Below, piece after piece: positions 23,211 to 37,732 of a stretch of DNA of 64,000 bases; the stretch's first letter is position 1, and each line of letters starts with the position of its first letter. The stretch covers positions 6,029,834 through 6,093,833 of the forward strand of contig NC_068991.1 in assembly GCF_001194135.2 (NCBI RefSeq), read 5' to 3'. Made by a program: the position numbers and the translations under genes. Source of the stretch: Octopus bimaculoides (lineage: Eukaryota). A model generated the notes under the pieces. It was not told the origin of the DNA. It did not search any database and saw only the letters and a list, made by a program, of their open reading frames with translations.

Positions 23211-26200
23211 TTGCACCAGGTTACCTTATGTTTGGCTGCTACGTTTGCTCCTGCCACGAAACTAGTCTGTAGCTTTCAGTAGATTGTGTTGTAAAAACCC
23301 TCCCAGTTTTCCTCTATGTTATAGGCTTCTGTGTCTATTGATAAAGAGAAGTTATTTTTCAGTGTTAGCATAACAAGGAACAAAATTCTTGTTTTAAGTG
23401 TTCTAGGACCCAGAAATGTACTGGAAGTTATTTTAGGCAAAAGGGGTTGTTTCAAAAAGTTACATTAGTAGAAACATTTCAGTGCCACATTAAACTGTTT
23501 TTGCTATAATTGCAGTACACACAAACAGAGAAATACACAGCCGATTTAGTATTATGCATATGAAAATAATGAAATTGGCATCATGAGACACTGTCTTTCA
23601 ATAATTTTAATAACATAGCTGCAATGGAACGGCAAAGAGATATGAATCAGTATTTTCTCATAGACAGCTTTGTATCACTCTTTCTAGATTGCATTCATTT
23701 CTTGACGTAATGATAAAAATAATTGACAAGTTTTCATTTAAAAGGGATGATAAATATATATAACAGACTATAATTTTCAGAAAACTGCACTTTCTGTACT
23801 ACCTGTGTGGAGGAGTACAGACTCTTGACAATGTAACTGTTCATGGAGAAGAAAAAAAAGAAAAGAAATTATGTAATTTTTTTGTCCTCTTTAGAACTTC
23901 CAACAATCTTGAATTTACACAGGTGCTGCCGTGTTATAAATGGGTTTACTGTCTTGCTACAATACTGGCCAGGAATCAATTTGTGTTGCTTAAGAACTAA
24001 GCTAAAAAGCATCTGATCAGGACTAACCTCCTTCCCAGTTGAGATCCTATCTAAACCACACTGTTAAAGCAGACATTCCTTCATTGTTTTTACTCCCTTT
24101 GTGAGGCCCTCCCTCTCCTATCCCTCATCAGTAATTTTTTTTTTGTCGTTTGTGTTGTAGTTATACTTGTCCTTATTTTGAGTGTGGCTGTTGCCAGTAC
24201 TGCCGGACTGGCCCTCGTGCCGGTGGCATGTAAAAGCACCCACTACACTCTCGGAGTGGTCGGCGTTAGAAAGGGCATCCAGCTGTAGAAACTCTGCCAG
24301 ATCAGATTGGAGCCTGATGCAGCCATCTGGTTCACCAGTCCTCAGTCAAATCATCCAACCCATGCTAACATGGAAAGTGGACGTTAAACGTTGATGATAT
24401 TATCTAAAAATCTTGCCTCCTTTTTTTTTTTTTTTTACCACACAAAACCTATATGAGTGTCACCAAGAACAAGAAATGTTCTGTTCCTTTTCTCTTCATT
24501 ACATGAAATTACCATTTCTAAAAACAATTAATCTTTACCATTGCTATGATCACATTGCAAAACACTTCTGCAATTCAGTAATGTTAGATTTTGCCTTACT
24601 ATATTTCTAACCATGATAGGCAAATTCATGTTCATTTTGCATAATATACTGTCTGTCTCTTTTGATTTTTTCAATAACTGCCGTTTCCTTTCAAGTCCCA
24701 GACCAAACCCTTTCTTACCCAATCAACTTATTATGTCCATTTGCTATTAAGACACTTCCTGAACACATTTGTATGTTTTTGTTAAATTATATATTGTATG
24801 AGGTTTGGTATAGTCTTCTGTTATTGATTTCATTTGAATGGCATTTTTTGGCTTTTAAGTATTTGCAAGAAACACTTAATTCTTCCTCTTACTGTCATGT
24901 ATGTGTGTTCAAAACTTATATCAGAAGATGTATCATTCAGAATATATGTAATATAATGATTACAAATGTTGACACAAGGCCAGCAATTTCGGGAGAGGGG
25001 CCAAGTTGATTACATCATCCCCAGTGCTTAGCTGGTACTTACTTTATTGGTCCCGAAAGGATGAAGGGCAAAGTTGACCTCAGCAGAATTTGAACTCAGA
25101 GGGTAAAGACAGACAAAATGCTGTTAAACATTTTGCTTGGCATACTAACAATTCTGCCTACTCACCGCCTTGTAACTATCATCATCATCATCATCGTTTA
25201 ACATCCATTTTCCATGCTGGTATGGGTTGGACGGTTTGACTGGGGACTGGCAAGCCAGTAGGCTGCCCCAGGCTCCAATCTTATCTGGCAGAGTTTTTAC
25301 AGCTAGATGCCCTTCCTAACACCAACCACTCCAAGCATGTAGTGGGTGCTTTTTATGTGCCACCGGCATGGGAGCCAGTCAGGTGGCACTGGATGGTGCT
25401 TTTTACATGCCACCAGCACAGGAGCCAGTCGGTGGGGGACTGGCATTGACCATGTTCGGACTGTGCTTTTTATGTGCCACCAGCATGGGAAGCCAGTCAG
25501 GTGGCACTTGCATCTATATGTAATATATTATCTCAATATTATTAACAGGACCCTGTTGTTAAGAATTTCATTTCACAACCACAGAATGTGGAGTTTGATC
25601 TCACTATGTGGCACCTTAGGCAAGTGTCTTCTATTTTAGCCTCAGGATAACCAATACCTTTGTAACTGAAATTTCATAGATGGAAACTGTGTCTTGCATA
25701 GATTTTTTAAGGAATCAATATTTCAAAGCCTAGGATTATACCACCATATAGCCTATCCGCTGTCTGAGAAATGAACCCCATGATGTGGAGTGGCTGTTGT
25801 AGCAAGTGTTGCTGGCCATTCTCTGTGGTAACACCTTTGCAATCATGTTTGTGTGGTGTGGCTAAATATGCCATTTGTCCTGTGGTGCACAACCCATATC
25901 TCCCCCACCCCCTAGCCCTTTTCTTTGTTTCCTAGATGAGGTAGTTATAGTTTTTTTCCCCCTTGATAATTTGACCTTTTATACTTTTAATGATTTTCTT
26001 TCTTTCTTTTCTTCCTGTAAAAATGCATTGTGAATAAGATTAGTGATAAACTGTTATCACCAATTCATAGCAAAATTTGCAGACAAAGCCTCACTGTCCC
26101 TTGCAGCAAAGAAGAATGTCCTTACTTGGGCAGCGCAGCAAGAAAAGTCCTTTAAGAGGAGAAAAGAACTTGCACAATACTACTATTTTGACAATATCCC

Positions 26201-28437
26201 TCATTGAAATGTAAAACAGCTCTTATTGAATTTGTAGTAGCAGGAATGATGCCTCCAGATGGGAAGCCCATGACATATGTTAGTCATAAATTTGCTGGTA
26301 CTCAGAGAAATTGGAACAATATCTCATAGATAGATATCATCTGATTCATGCTGGCTGGCATGGATTAAGCATGAAGATGAAAAAGCTCAGTTAACATTAA
26401 TTGTATAAATTAGCTCCTAAACATCCCTCGTCACATCTGCTAATCATGATCTCATTGAATGAGCCTCTTATCACTAACTTCTCCATCCTCTCTGGAGTCA
26501 CTGTTTGATCATGTGATCCTCCATAGTGATGTTTCTAACAAGTCAAAATCCACTACTACTACTACCACCACAGCTGCTGCTACTACTACCACCACCACAG
26601 CTGCTGCTACTACTACTACTACTACTACTACTCGGTTATTTCCTGTTCCTCTCATGCTGTCAACACTACTAAATCGTGCTGTCCCTCACGACTACTTCAT
26701 GCACAGCACAACACCACCACAGAACCACAAAAGAAATTTGGAAGCTACTAAGTTATAATATAAGACAACTTTCTCTGCTGGATTAATGTTATATTTTGTT
26801 TTTGTATTCTAAGTAGTTGCTTGTTTTGTTTTCTGTTCTGTTATTAATATGTAAACGTAACTAGTCAACATATGCACTCTGCGTCTGTCCACTCAAGTCG
26901 GTGATATAATCGTTTGCTAATGTCATTCTGTTGTTACATGCCTTTTGCATGTTTGCATGTGGTTCAGGACTTATATTGAACCGGTACTCTCAGGAAGACT
27001 TACCAGTTCAGTAAAAGAAATAGTTTGGGTGACATTGGTGAATCATGACCCTCCAGTGTGTCTGCAGATTTCATTGTTGAACTTATGTTGATGTCATTGT
27101 GAACATGGTAAAGCTTTAAATGAAGCTAACATTAATCACGGTAAAATAATTAGCCCCCCCCCCTCTCTATTTATTTATTTAAGGATTCCAATACTTTGAA
27201 ATATATAGGGAGTATTTAACTGAAAGCTCTGCCTGTCTTGAACATAGGCTCAAAGCACAAATAACAAAGTTACATGTTTTTATTTTTAGCAGTTGTTTAT
27301 GAGTATATCTAGTCAGTTCTACTTCATCAGACTGTATCATTGTTTATGACCAAATCTTAGAAATCATCTGTCATTCCATCATCTTCATCCAATCCTCTTT
27401 TGATTGATAATTAGCTGAATTAGTATGTCTAAAGTATAATCAAACAAATTTGTTTTCATCAAATTTAAAACCAAATAAAATTTTTATGTCTTTGCACATG
27501 CACGTTTTTACATCATCATCATCATCATTTAATGTCTGTTGTCCATATTGTCATGGGCTGGACGCTTTGACCGGGCTGGCATGCTGGAAGGCTGCACTAG
27601 ACTCCAGTCTGATTTGGCACGGTTTTCTGTGGATGGATGCCCTTGTTAATGCCAACCACCCCAAGTTTAATGGGTGCTTGGGTACTCTTTCTCCAACTGG
27701 AGTAGCCATGTATCTTTTCTTCTACAGCAAGCCACCTCCCTCAATACCATGTCCCCTCCTATCTAAGAAGTCATTGTCTTGCAAACTTGGTGGCTTCGCC
27801 AGTGCCTGTGCCACACAGAAAGTACTTATTACATTCTGTAAAGTGGTTGGGTTTAGGAAGGACATCCAGCCATAGAAACCATGTCAAAACTGATAGTGGG
27901 GCTTGTTGCAGTCCTCTGGCTTGCCTGCTCTTGTCAAACCATCCAACCATTGCTGGCACGGAAAAGAGATGATGATGGTGATGACTTTATCAAACTTATT
28001 GCATTTTGGCAAAAATATAATTTCATAATGTCCAGTCTGTTCTGTTAAAATATCATCATTTTTGGCCATTGTATCATATAGCATTAACAAAATTTCAAAT
28101 ATATGAAATTATGGTGTCCTTAAAAAAGAAAAAAGAAAAAAAGCTGCTTTTGAATTTTTTACTTGTAAACTTTCTAAAATTTGCTTAAAATTACACCATT
28201 AATGAGTGTCCTTTTTTTTTTTAATTCTAATTATTTTAGTTTTCAGTTTGCTTCAAGCAATTAAAATATTTTTGTATTTTTATATTTTTTTTTATAGGAA
28301 GCAATATTTCTGAAATGCTGCTGGTTCGTGTATAGATGAGTTTAAAATAAAACGTGAATCCCTCTCCATTACTGCCTGTATCATCTTTAGGCATTGCTAG
28401 ACCTGCTGGTGCTGCTGTTGGCTGGTACTGTCTCACC

Positions 28438-28567
28438 ATGGATCCAAACCACTGGAGTAATTACAATCAGCCCTACAGCCGAATTAACCATAATAGTACC
28501 ATGCCCTCAGCCCACAGTTCCATTAACCGTTATGAACTGCCACTTTTGGATCAAGGAATCGGAACAG
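28438..28567 (+). CDS. First coding exon of the large plus-strand gene (QSER1/PRR12-like, tentative): MDPNHWSNYNQPYSRINHNSTMPSAHSSINRYELPLLDQGIGT
   Basis: CACCATGG start context. Upstream acceptors at 28297/28298 and 28390/28391. Phase-1 donor ACAG|GTAAAA at 28568 matches the phase-1 acceptors at 46392 and 52813. Confidence 0.75.
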
Positions 28568-29879
28568 GTAAAAACATTTACTTCAAGAAATTTATAACTT
28601 TAAGCTGTAACACTCTTAATTATTTCTCAGTTTACATTCTGCAGATCAGCTTTTCTCATTTTTGCAACTCACAAGCATGTGTGCACTTTGTGCACATATT
28701 TCTCTCATTTTAGTTTCTTTAACATTTATAGACAATAATTTCATCTCTCTCTCTTTCTCTTATGAAATCTGTATTTACAAAAATTATGCAAAAATTGTCC
28801 CCATTATTACTATCATTATTGTTAATATTTAGAATTTAAGTAGAGAATGCTAACAGTAAAATGTTAATGTTTAAAATGTATTTACTATAATTAGGACATT
28901 TTGTAGTTGTATTGTTTAGTATATTATTTAACTAATTTAAAGTGTCCCCATGGTTTTAAAATTTAGCATTAATGAATGTTTTTCAATTAGAATCTTAAAA
29001 GAAAATGGGTGGATTTTTCTGCCTTTAATTTTGTATTATTCCGGTTTTGAAACAAACTTCATTTTCTGAACACAAATCAGATTTTTAAAAAATTCATTTT
29101 TTTTCTTTTCTCGTTTTTATTTTTAAATTGTATTTATTGTTCCCTGTGGCTTTTTAAAGAAAAGATAAAATAATTTGAACTTATTGCATCTCTACATTAA
29201 ATATAGTTGGACTATGAAGTGGTCTAAATACCATGGTTTTAAATATTTGTTTCCTAAATATGTTCTAAAAGCAAATTATCTTGTTTTATTCTTCTGTAGA
29301 AATGCACTTCACATCAGCTGCATGTGAAAAATGCGCAGAACTCTTTTCAAAAGACTTAGATATTCAAGGTTCTATAATTCTATAAAACTTATGTTAAAAG
29401 ATTCTTCAGTGGCTTGGTAATGCTACAGAAAGTTTTCATTGATACAATACAAACTAACATTTCTGTAAAAACAACAGAAAGTAACCAATAAGTTGATAAA
29501 TAATTCAGTTTTCTAAATTCCTGATAATATTTAATTATTGTAAAGCTAAAGAACAAGGTGAGCTGGCAGAATGGTTAGCACTCTGGACCAAATGTTTTGC
29601 GGCCTTTCTTCTGGCTTTACTTTCTGAGGTCAACTTAGCCTTTCATCTTTATGGGGTCAGTAAAATAAGTACCAGTTGTGGACTGGGGTCAGTTTAATCA
29701 ACTAACCCCTTCTCCCAAAATTTCAGGCTTTGTACCTGTTGTAGAAAGAATTGTAAGTGAATAGAACTTAAATTCAAGAGAACAGAGGCAGGAATGTGCC
29801 TTGAGAGATATGATTTTTTTCTCAAAAATTACTAGGAAGAAGTTGATGCTATGGAAGTCAAGAATCACTGTAGAGCTAA

Positions 29880-31560
29880 GCCAAGAAACGAAAGCCATTA
29901 TTAAAGTGGTTCCAAGAAATCATCTTATAAGAAGATAAATATTAAGAAAGCGAAAATTAATTTGAACAAAAGCAATAGAGATTGCTGAGGAATGCTAATG
30001 GACAAAAGCAATGGAAGATATTAAGGAATTTGAAAAAAGTGAATAGGGAGTTCTAACATGCCATAAAAAAGATAGACAATTATTTGAAGAAAGAATGTAA
30101 AAGTGCAGGAGAAAATCAGCAGAAAAGAAGCATTTACCCCTAAATATAATAAGAAATTTCTAGAAAGTTAGAGGCCTAGAATCAGTTTTCTACAGGATAA
30201 AAATGGGCAACATATTGATGAAAGAAGTACTATTAAAAAAGCACGATAGTTTATATAGAAGAAGACTTGTAAGATACACAAACTCTGTATAGAATAGATT
30301 TGGTTAAAAAGAGATGATGAGTGATGGTTAGAAGAATATTGAGCTTTATTTGATAACCAGTTGATCTTGGAAGCAGGGCCTCATATCAGTGAGGAGGGCC
30401 GGTGTGCATCAATGCCGTCGAGAGGTAGGCTCTGAAATGGCGCGCATTCTGTCCTGATGACCTCATACACTTACTGGCTTCCAGTATGCGGAGCCCTTGA
30501 CTGGTAGCACTTGCATGTGCAGGTTGTTTGTAAAACATATATACTAAAAGAGCTTGAGAAGTACCAAACATAATGGAAGCAGAACTAAGTTTGGCAGTTT
30601 TTGAAGTAGTGAAAGAAAAGAAGTACCATTGAACTGTAGGGAAACAGTTGATGAAGACACCTTTAAATTGCTTATAGAACAAAATTTGCAATTAGTTGAA
30701 TAATTTATTAAGCCCTATGAAAGTGGCTGAAAGAAATGGGTGTACCTAAACATTATAGTCTTTCAAATATGAAACCTTTATTGAGAACAAGAAGTTACAG
30801 TAAGGACAAATATTGGGATGCCATATAATTTATGGTCAAGGAGTGAGACAAGTTTGCATATTTTCCTTGTACTTTTTAATGTGTATAGAGAAAAATATGT
30901 GGTAAGCAGGGTCAGGTGAGATAAGTGGGGGGGGGGGTGTAAAATAGCAGTCAACAATCTGAGATAAGCGGATGACACAACATCGTTGATAGAAGTGCAA
31001 AGGTGAATTGGAATTAAAAGAAGCAAAGAAAAAAATTTCAGATTTAAATTTAAAAGAATTTAAGATGGAAGTAGTGGCTCATTTATTTTTACTTGGATGC
31101 AAGATTGAAAGAAGTGGGGAATGTCTGACTGAAAGTGAAAGGACAATAGCCTCATGGGAAGGCTGCATTGATAGGACTAGAGAAGATTATCAAAGACAAA
31201 AGCACATCATAAATAACAGTGGGAAGACTGTCTGATGTCTCTGGATACGAATTAATAAGCAAGGTAGATGGAAAATTAATGCGTTTGAAATATGGTGCTG
31301 AAGACTACTGAGAATGTCATGGACAAAAAGAACAAACAGATCAGTACCACTGAAAGTGAAGGAAGCAGTGATTGTCAAAGATTAAAATTCCTTGGTCATG
31401 TATGAATCAATGGTGGATGACATCAGAGAAGCATTATGTCAGAACTGAAGATTCAAAAGGAGAAAGACAATTGCACATGGGTGGATAGATGGGGGTGAAA
31501 GAAGTAAGGCAACATTCTTGAATCAGCTCAGAATGTTTATGAGAAGGAGGTAGAATTAGA
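29880..31560 (+). mobile_element. Decayed RTE-clade LINE (reverse transcriptase region)
   Basis: GVRQVCIFS (~30840), VNNLR*ADDTT (~30950-30982, YADD with a stop), FLLGCKIERSGEC, AFEIWC*RLLRMSW: the RTE motif order. Confidence 0.85.
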
Positions 31561-34500
31561 GATGGCAGTTATTAGTGCTTGTTTTAACCAAAATATTGTA
31601 GTTACCAGCTTTAAATGTAAAGAGCAACAAGAAAACCATTAAGCTGGTGCTTCAAAACAAAATTCTATTGTAATGTCTGCTCTGATTTGGTTACAAGACA
31701 AACTTCATTGGAAATGTATTACCAAAAATATCATCATTAATTAAAATGTGTTATAAAATTTAAAAAACAACCAATTATGTATTAAAAAACAAAAAACAAA
31801 TAGTTTGACATTGTTCCATCCATCTTAGCATTTAAATATTTAATCATATTGGTTAAAATTTGCTGGAAAAAAACAAAAATTCCATTTGGTTTTATAAAAA
31901 GTGTAATAAGTTTTGAAGTTGACTTGGCTTTCATATCCACAGGATTATCGAAATGTACCAATAAATTTTTTTTTAACCTGTTAAATTGAATTAGGTACAC
32001 CTTACTTCTACAAAAATTGGTCTTGTGCTCTACATAAAACATTTGATATTAGTTTAAACCAAACTATCTTTTATATTGCTTGGTTTTTAATTTTGCAACA
32101 GTCTATAAAAATTTAACTGTTTAAAAAAAATTATATAAGGTATGAAATAACTATAGAGTGTGATAGGCTGTGTTTTTCCAAATCACACCGTTGGGCTTCT
32201 TCTTATATAAATGACATAATGATTGGTTAATTAACTGATAAAAAGATAAAATAATATTATGTATATTTTTTTCTTAAAAAACATATTCTAAAACAAGTCA
32301 TCTTGTTTAATTCTTCTATAGATAAAATCAATTGTCTATCAGTTTCATATAAGTTAAAACAGACAATTATAACTTGGATAAATCATTGTGCAATTTAGGC
32401 AGAAAATGTTTATCTTAGGCTCACCTATATGTGCAAGCTGGAGCACAGTGTTTTTGTGGAAGACTTGGTGCTTTCCGTGCATTTAAATTTGTGTCTGTCT
32501 GTGTGTGTCTCTCTCTCTCTCTCTCTGGAAAGGGTGGCACTTCAGGGATGATATTATTTGTTATTGCAAGGGTTGCAAAGGGCCAGGACAGATATTGTTA
32601 GAATTTTTTTTGTCTGATGCTATAATAGTACTGCCAACCCACCAACTTGTTTTGACACTTATTTAATTGACCTTGAAATAAATGATCAACAGTAAATATG
32701 ACTCCAGCAGGATTTCAACACAGCACAGAGTTGAAACAAATACCACAAATCATTCTAGCCAATATTTTTCCCTCCCCCAACACCATCATTTAACGTCCAT
32801 GGCTTGGGCCATTTGACAGGGTCCAGTGTGTCCAAGGACAGTGTCACGCCTCAATGTTTACTCTGGCATGGCTTTTAAAGCTGGATATCCATCCTTACAC
32901 CAACCACTTTACAGCAAGTACCGGTTGCTTTTCTCGTGGTACATGCACTATTGGGGCCTCTGTGCAGTTGGCAGGACTTGGAACTCTGGGGGGAGTGGTG
33001 GGGACAAGGGGACCACTATGAGGGATGAGAGACAGAGCAGGCACCTGTTGAGCGTACTCTACTGCATGGATACTCACATTGTGTGTGTGTGTAAAATAAA
33101 ACAAAAGGAATAGAGGTGGTGCTGTTGCATTTATTTATTTATAATAGATGCAAGAGAGCCATTTTTATTTTCTTTGATTTGTTTTATTTTATATTCTGCA
33201 ATGACTGCTCTATTCTGTAAATCAGTACATTACCTGGATTTTCAATTTTTTTAAATACAATTCCTTGTAACATTTAATTAAAAATGCAATGGGATTTTTT
33301 GAAACATTGAATCGCTGCAGGGGCCTAGTAGAGTGAAATAGGGACCAGAAGGGCCCATAAGTAAAAAATGGTTGAGGGCCACTGGTTTAAAACATCAATT
33401 ACCATTCAGTTCATTTAGAGATTGGGCAAAAATGAAGAACAAACAAGATAACTTGTTTCAAATCAAATACACATTAATATTCAAAAATTATGTTTAGTAC
33501 ATTTAAAGTTTGTTACAAGTAACTACCGTCTTCCTTTCATATTTTGAATTTAAAGTATATATCCCATCATGCTCTTGCCTTCAGTTTTCAAACCCTTTGA
33601 AAACCTAACCCTGACACGTTTTTTATTTTTAATATTAAAGCTTTTAGTTTTGTTAATCTTAACAAGTTAAAATTTTCTTTATAGCAATTGTCAGTTGTCA
33701 TAGTAACTAAATAATAAAATATGAGTTTATATAGAGCTGGGTACTGGCTGAGCACTTTTATTCATTCTGGTAGCCAGTATTTTGTTTTCAATTATATTTT
33801 GGTTAGTTAGAGTAGGTATCATTATGAATTTTTGAAAATATTTAAATGTAATTTCTACTGTGCTTTTAAGAAACATTTTGATGCCTCATTTGTGAAATTT
33901 GAATAAATATTTTAGGAAATATGACAACTTGAATGGTCAGTGAAATGGTCAAGATTTTGCCTAACTTGCGTAAATGAATAAGTAGCTATATTTGTGATGT
34001 CATAACTTCGAAACTGAGGTGTTAATCAGTTTCAAATTACACAAATTAATAGTGACCATGGTATAGTAAGTTGCTTAATTTTTTTTCAGTTTCTTGGAAA
34101 GAAAACTTTTTTTTTCCCCGACAATATTTGAAATATGTAAAACCTATTTTGTTACATGTAACAAATGGTTGGTTTTTGCAGTGTTTTCATTCCTAGCTAA
34201 ATCTAAAACTACAAACCTTAGAAACTTGAGCTTTGGCACCTTTGTAGTAAGTTTGGAGGTAAATAAATCATGAGATTTTGGGACATGGCAGCATTTCTAT
34301 AAAATTTTAATTCGACCATTAAAAATGACTATAAATAGTGGAATTTCGGATCAGGATGCCCACATAAGTTGCATTTTCTTAGTTTTGACAGGGATTTTCC
34401 CCATTTTTTTCTCACCATGGCCTTGGAAATGAAGAGGGGGAAGCTTCTTATGAAAAAAAAAAAAAGATAATTAAATGAAATTACAGCTATTGCAAGCATT

Positions 34501-37500
34501 TCATATGCTTATATTGTGATCTGTTATCTGCAGGGGGCTCAGTTTTGATACACTGGTACAGGGTATAAAACTGAATCTTCTCCAAGTTTGGAGCTTTACA
34601 ATAAATTTAATAAGTATCCTTGGAGAGTTCTGTGGAGGGGGTGATACACACACAATTTGACCACACAAAAACCCTTTTTTTTTGGTACATCATTTTCATG
34701 ATAAAATACCAATTTTCTTTGGGAAATTATATATCATTTGAAAGTACTGGATGTGAACTTTGTTCTCATATAGTTTTAATCCAAATCTGACATTTACCCA
34801 AGATGTCAGGGTCCCTCAAACACCCTGGTGTTTCCACCCATTCACAAAGTTTATCCCATATTTTTTTTTTTTTTTTGACTGCTGAATGCTAGCTCTCGAT
34901 CTAGTTCAATGCTCTTGAGCACTATAGCTCAAGTTGTGTTAATAATCGTATATGCAGGTAGAGGATATTTTAATATTTATTTTTATATAAATCTTGGTGA
35001 TAGGTCAAATAATCGTTACGAAATATAAAAGTGAAAATCACATACTGCATTCACTAGTGAAAATGTAAACAGTGTGACAAAAATATCTGACTATATTTAA
35101 ACCGTGGGAAAAAAGTTTTAAAAATCACATAGCCTACAAAATAATATTCATTGTACAATATAATTTTTATTGATGAAAATATAGACCAATATTTCTTTAA
35201 GAAATACAAAATTCGAAGAATATGCGCAAGGTAAAAATTCATTGGTCACTTAGTACAAAGTGATAGGGAATAAACAGTATTATCAATATGATGATTACAT
35301 GCTAATTTTGGACTCTAGAGGCCCTATTTAACTCAATTTAGTGCGAATTCTTGTAGAAATATGTTTACTTAGCAATTAATTTGTTCATTTCTTGAAATTC
35401 TGGATCAAAATTGATATTTGAATCCTTGAATTCATCTTCCTCTTGCTAATTCTTGTCAAATATATGATATTTTAAATTAAAAATCTGAAGTTAGATAACT
35501 TTTGAAATTCAAAAACATCTTCAACAGAAGTAAATTTTTGGCATTCAAAATTGTTTCATTAGCAAATAAATATTTATGTCACACTAAATATTCTCATTCC
35601 TGTTTGTGGTTTAATGGTTGAATTTTGTTGGTTGTATTTGTGAGTTTACAAGACTCCTCAGTAGCTAAGTGCATTCAAAATACAATTCTGTCAGTAATTT
35701 TTAAACTGTTTGATTTAAATATTTTAAAGTAATGAATACATCATATCTCTGCTGTACATTAATTTCTTAATAAAACCTGTTCTAAGAACAATACTTTCTC
35801 TGTCAGGGAATTAGTAACAGCAAAAAACTTTTTCTTGGTTTTCCCTAAGCATTTGATATTGAAGTAATTCAGAATACTTTGTCAGATTCACTAAAGTAAA
35901 AATATAAATTTTAATCGTTAGATCACTGTAAACAACCAGTAATTGTAGTATTTGTTTGACAATTCTGAAGTTTTAAATTCATAAAAAGCTGGGTTAATGA
36001 TGTCTATTTTAAGATTGTATTTCTACCTTGGCAAACAAATGTTACTTCATTCTTAATACTGAGTAATTATCAGACTCTGTATTTAAGAAAAGTTTAATCT
36101 TAATTAAGGAATTTGGTTAAGAGGATGTCAAAGGTTTTGCTGATATGAATAATAATAATAATAATAATCTGGGTTTAGTTATAAAATGTTTTATGTGAGG
36201 TATACATGTCCATCACTTTTTCTTTATTTTTATATATTTTAAAGTAGTTTGTATAATGAAGTACTTCCTATTGTGGAAATATAACAAAGTTGAATGTATG
36301 AGCAAAATGCGGCCCCTTAACTTGTCTAGTGGGGCTGTAACTGCAAATAACTAGTTCAGTCCTGTCCAACTGTTGCCCAACCTGGAAAGCACACATAAAA
36401 TTCTGGTGATGATGCTCTTTCATCTCACTCATCTCCTCTCAAAATGTGTTTCTAAGGCTGCAGGTATTGTTAATTAAGCGTAATTGCATGTTGCACTTAC
36501 TTACAAACAAATAAAGTAATATAGTAGAGCTAAAAAAATTAATTAAAGTAATGTAGTAGAGCTAAATGACATGGTTTCATTCTTGTTCCCCCCCCCCTCA
36601 AATTCTTGGAAATGCTGAAGACTAAATACAGTATTTAGTTGCATCTCTTCTTGTTGTGAGTTTAACTTTGCCTATCATATTTCCTGTGCCTGTAAAATGA
36701 ATAGCAAGGTCAATGAAAAACTGGCTACACACTCTCCTCCCAACTTTTGCTAGACTCTACAAGAATCTAAAATCAATAGTGGCTTTTTATTATTAAAAAT
36801 ATTAATGATGTATAAATTATTAATTTGTGCGCACATCTGTTTGTTAGTGTGTATGTATAGTTGTGTCGTCTGTCTGATTTGGTGTATACCTCTGACATAT
36901 AACTGAAATACAGTTCACATATCCTCTCCTCCTTTAAAATTCTCTGGAATTTTCTCCTAGTCACAAGTTTCTTGCAGTTGTCAATCAGATCCTCAGAAAC
37001 TTAAATTGGTTATCATCTGTGTTTGCCTTGTTTGAGAAACCCTACAATGGTCGGGGCTACTGTCCCTCTCACTTCTTTGTTTAATAAAAAAAATGTATGT
37101 GTGTAGATATAGATTAATAGATAACTAGATGCACATTTTCTAGTTATTTGAACAGCTCTTCCATTATTCATAGTTAAAAATCAAGCTAACTTAACCTTGA
37201 AATCGTTTCATTCTACCATTGTCTTCATGACTTTTTCAATCTTAATATAATGCTGCAATGCTACAGACAAATCTTTCATAAGAAATCTATTAACATGGAA
37301 ATTCTAAGTTTCTTTTTCATTGCTTTTATATAAAATTTCAAATTGCTTAAACAGAAATGTTTTCATAAATAAAAGTTATGAGGAATATAAAATGAAATAA
37401 AATGAAATAAAATTGAAAATACGTCAAAAACTAAACTTAAAATATAAAACTTAATTAAAATTCAGGTTTAAAAGAAAAAATCTTTATATTGTAATTTGAA

Positions 37501-37732
37501 TTAATTTGAATTCTCCTGTTATTGAATTTTGGTTTATCTTTAAATCTTAATATTTTATTTTCTAAAGTCTTATAAATATGAAAAAAGATTTGAAGTGTTC
37601 ATCTATGGCAAATATATTTATTGTGAGTGTTATACTTATGTAACATAACAGTATTGACTAGATGATGGTGCAACTAATGAGTTAAGCATTTTGTCAGACT
37701 GGTTTCAGTCCCTACTTTGTGCAGTTTCTTAA

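Noticed and set aside
26459-26758. Thr/Ala-rich 99-aa ORF
   Set aside because: Driven by an (ACT/ACC/GCT)n trinucleotide repeat; no convincing splice signals
33742-33779. TACTGGCT...AGCCAGTA hairpin as a possible miRNA
   Set aside because: Stem only 8-9 bp, too short for a pre-miRNA
34534-34562. Candidate microexon reading GLSFDTLVQG
   Set aside because: 29 nt, and incompatible with the phase-1 flanking exons
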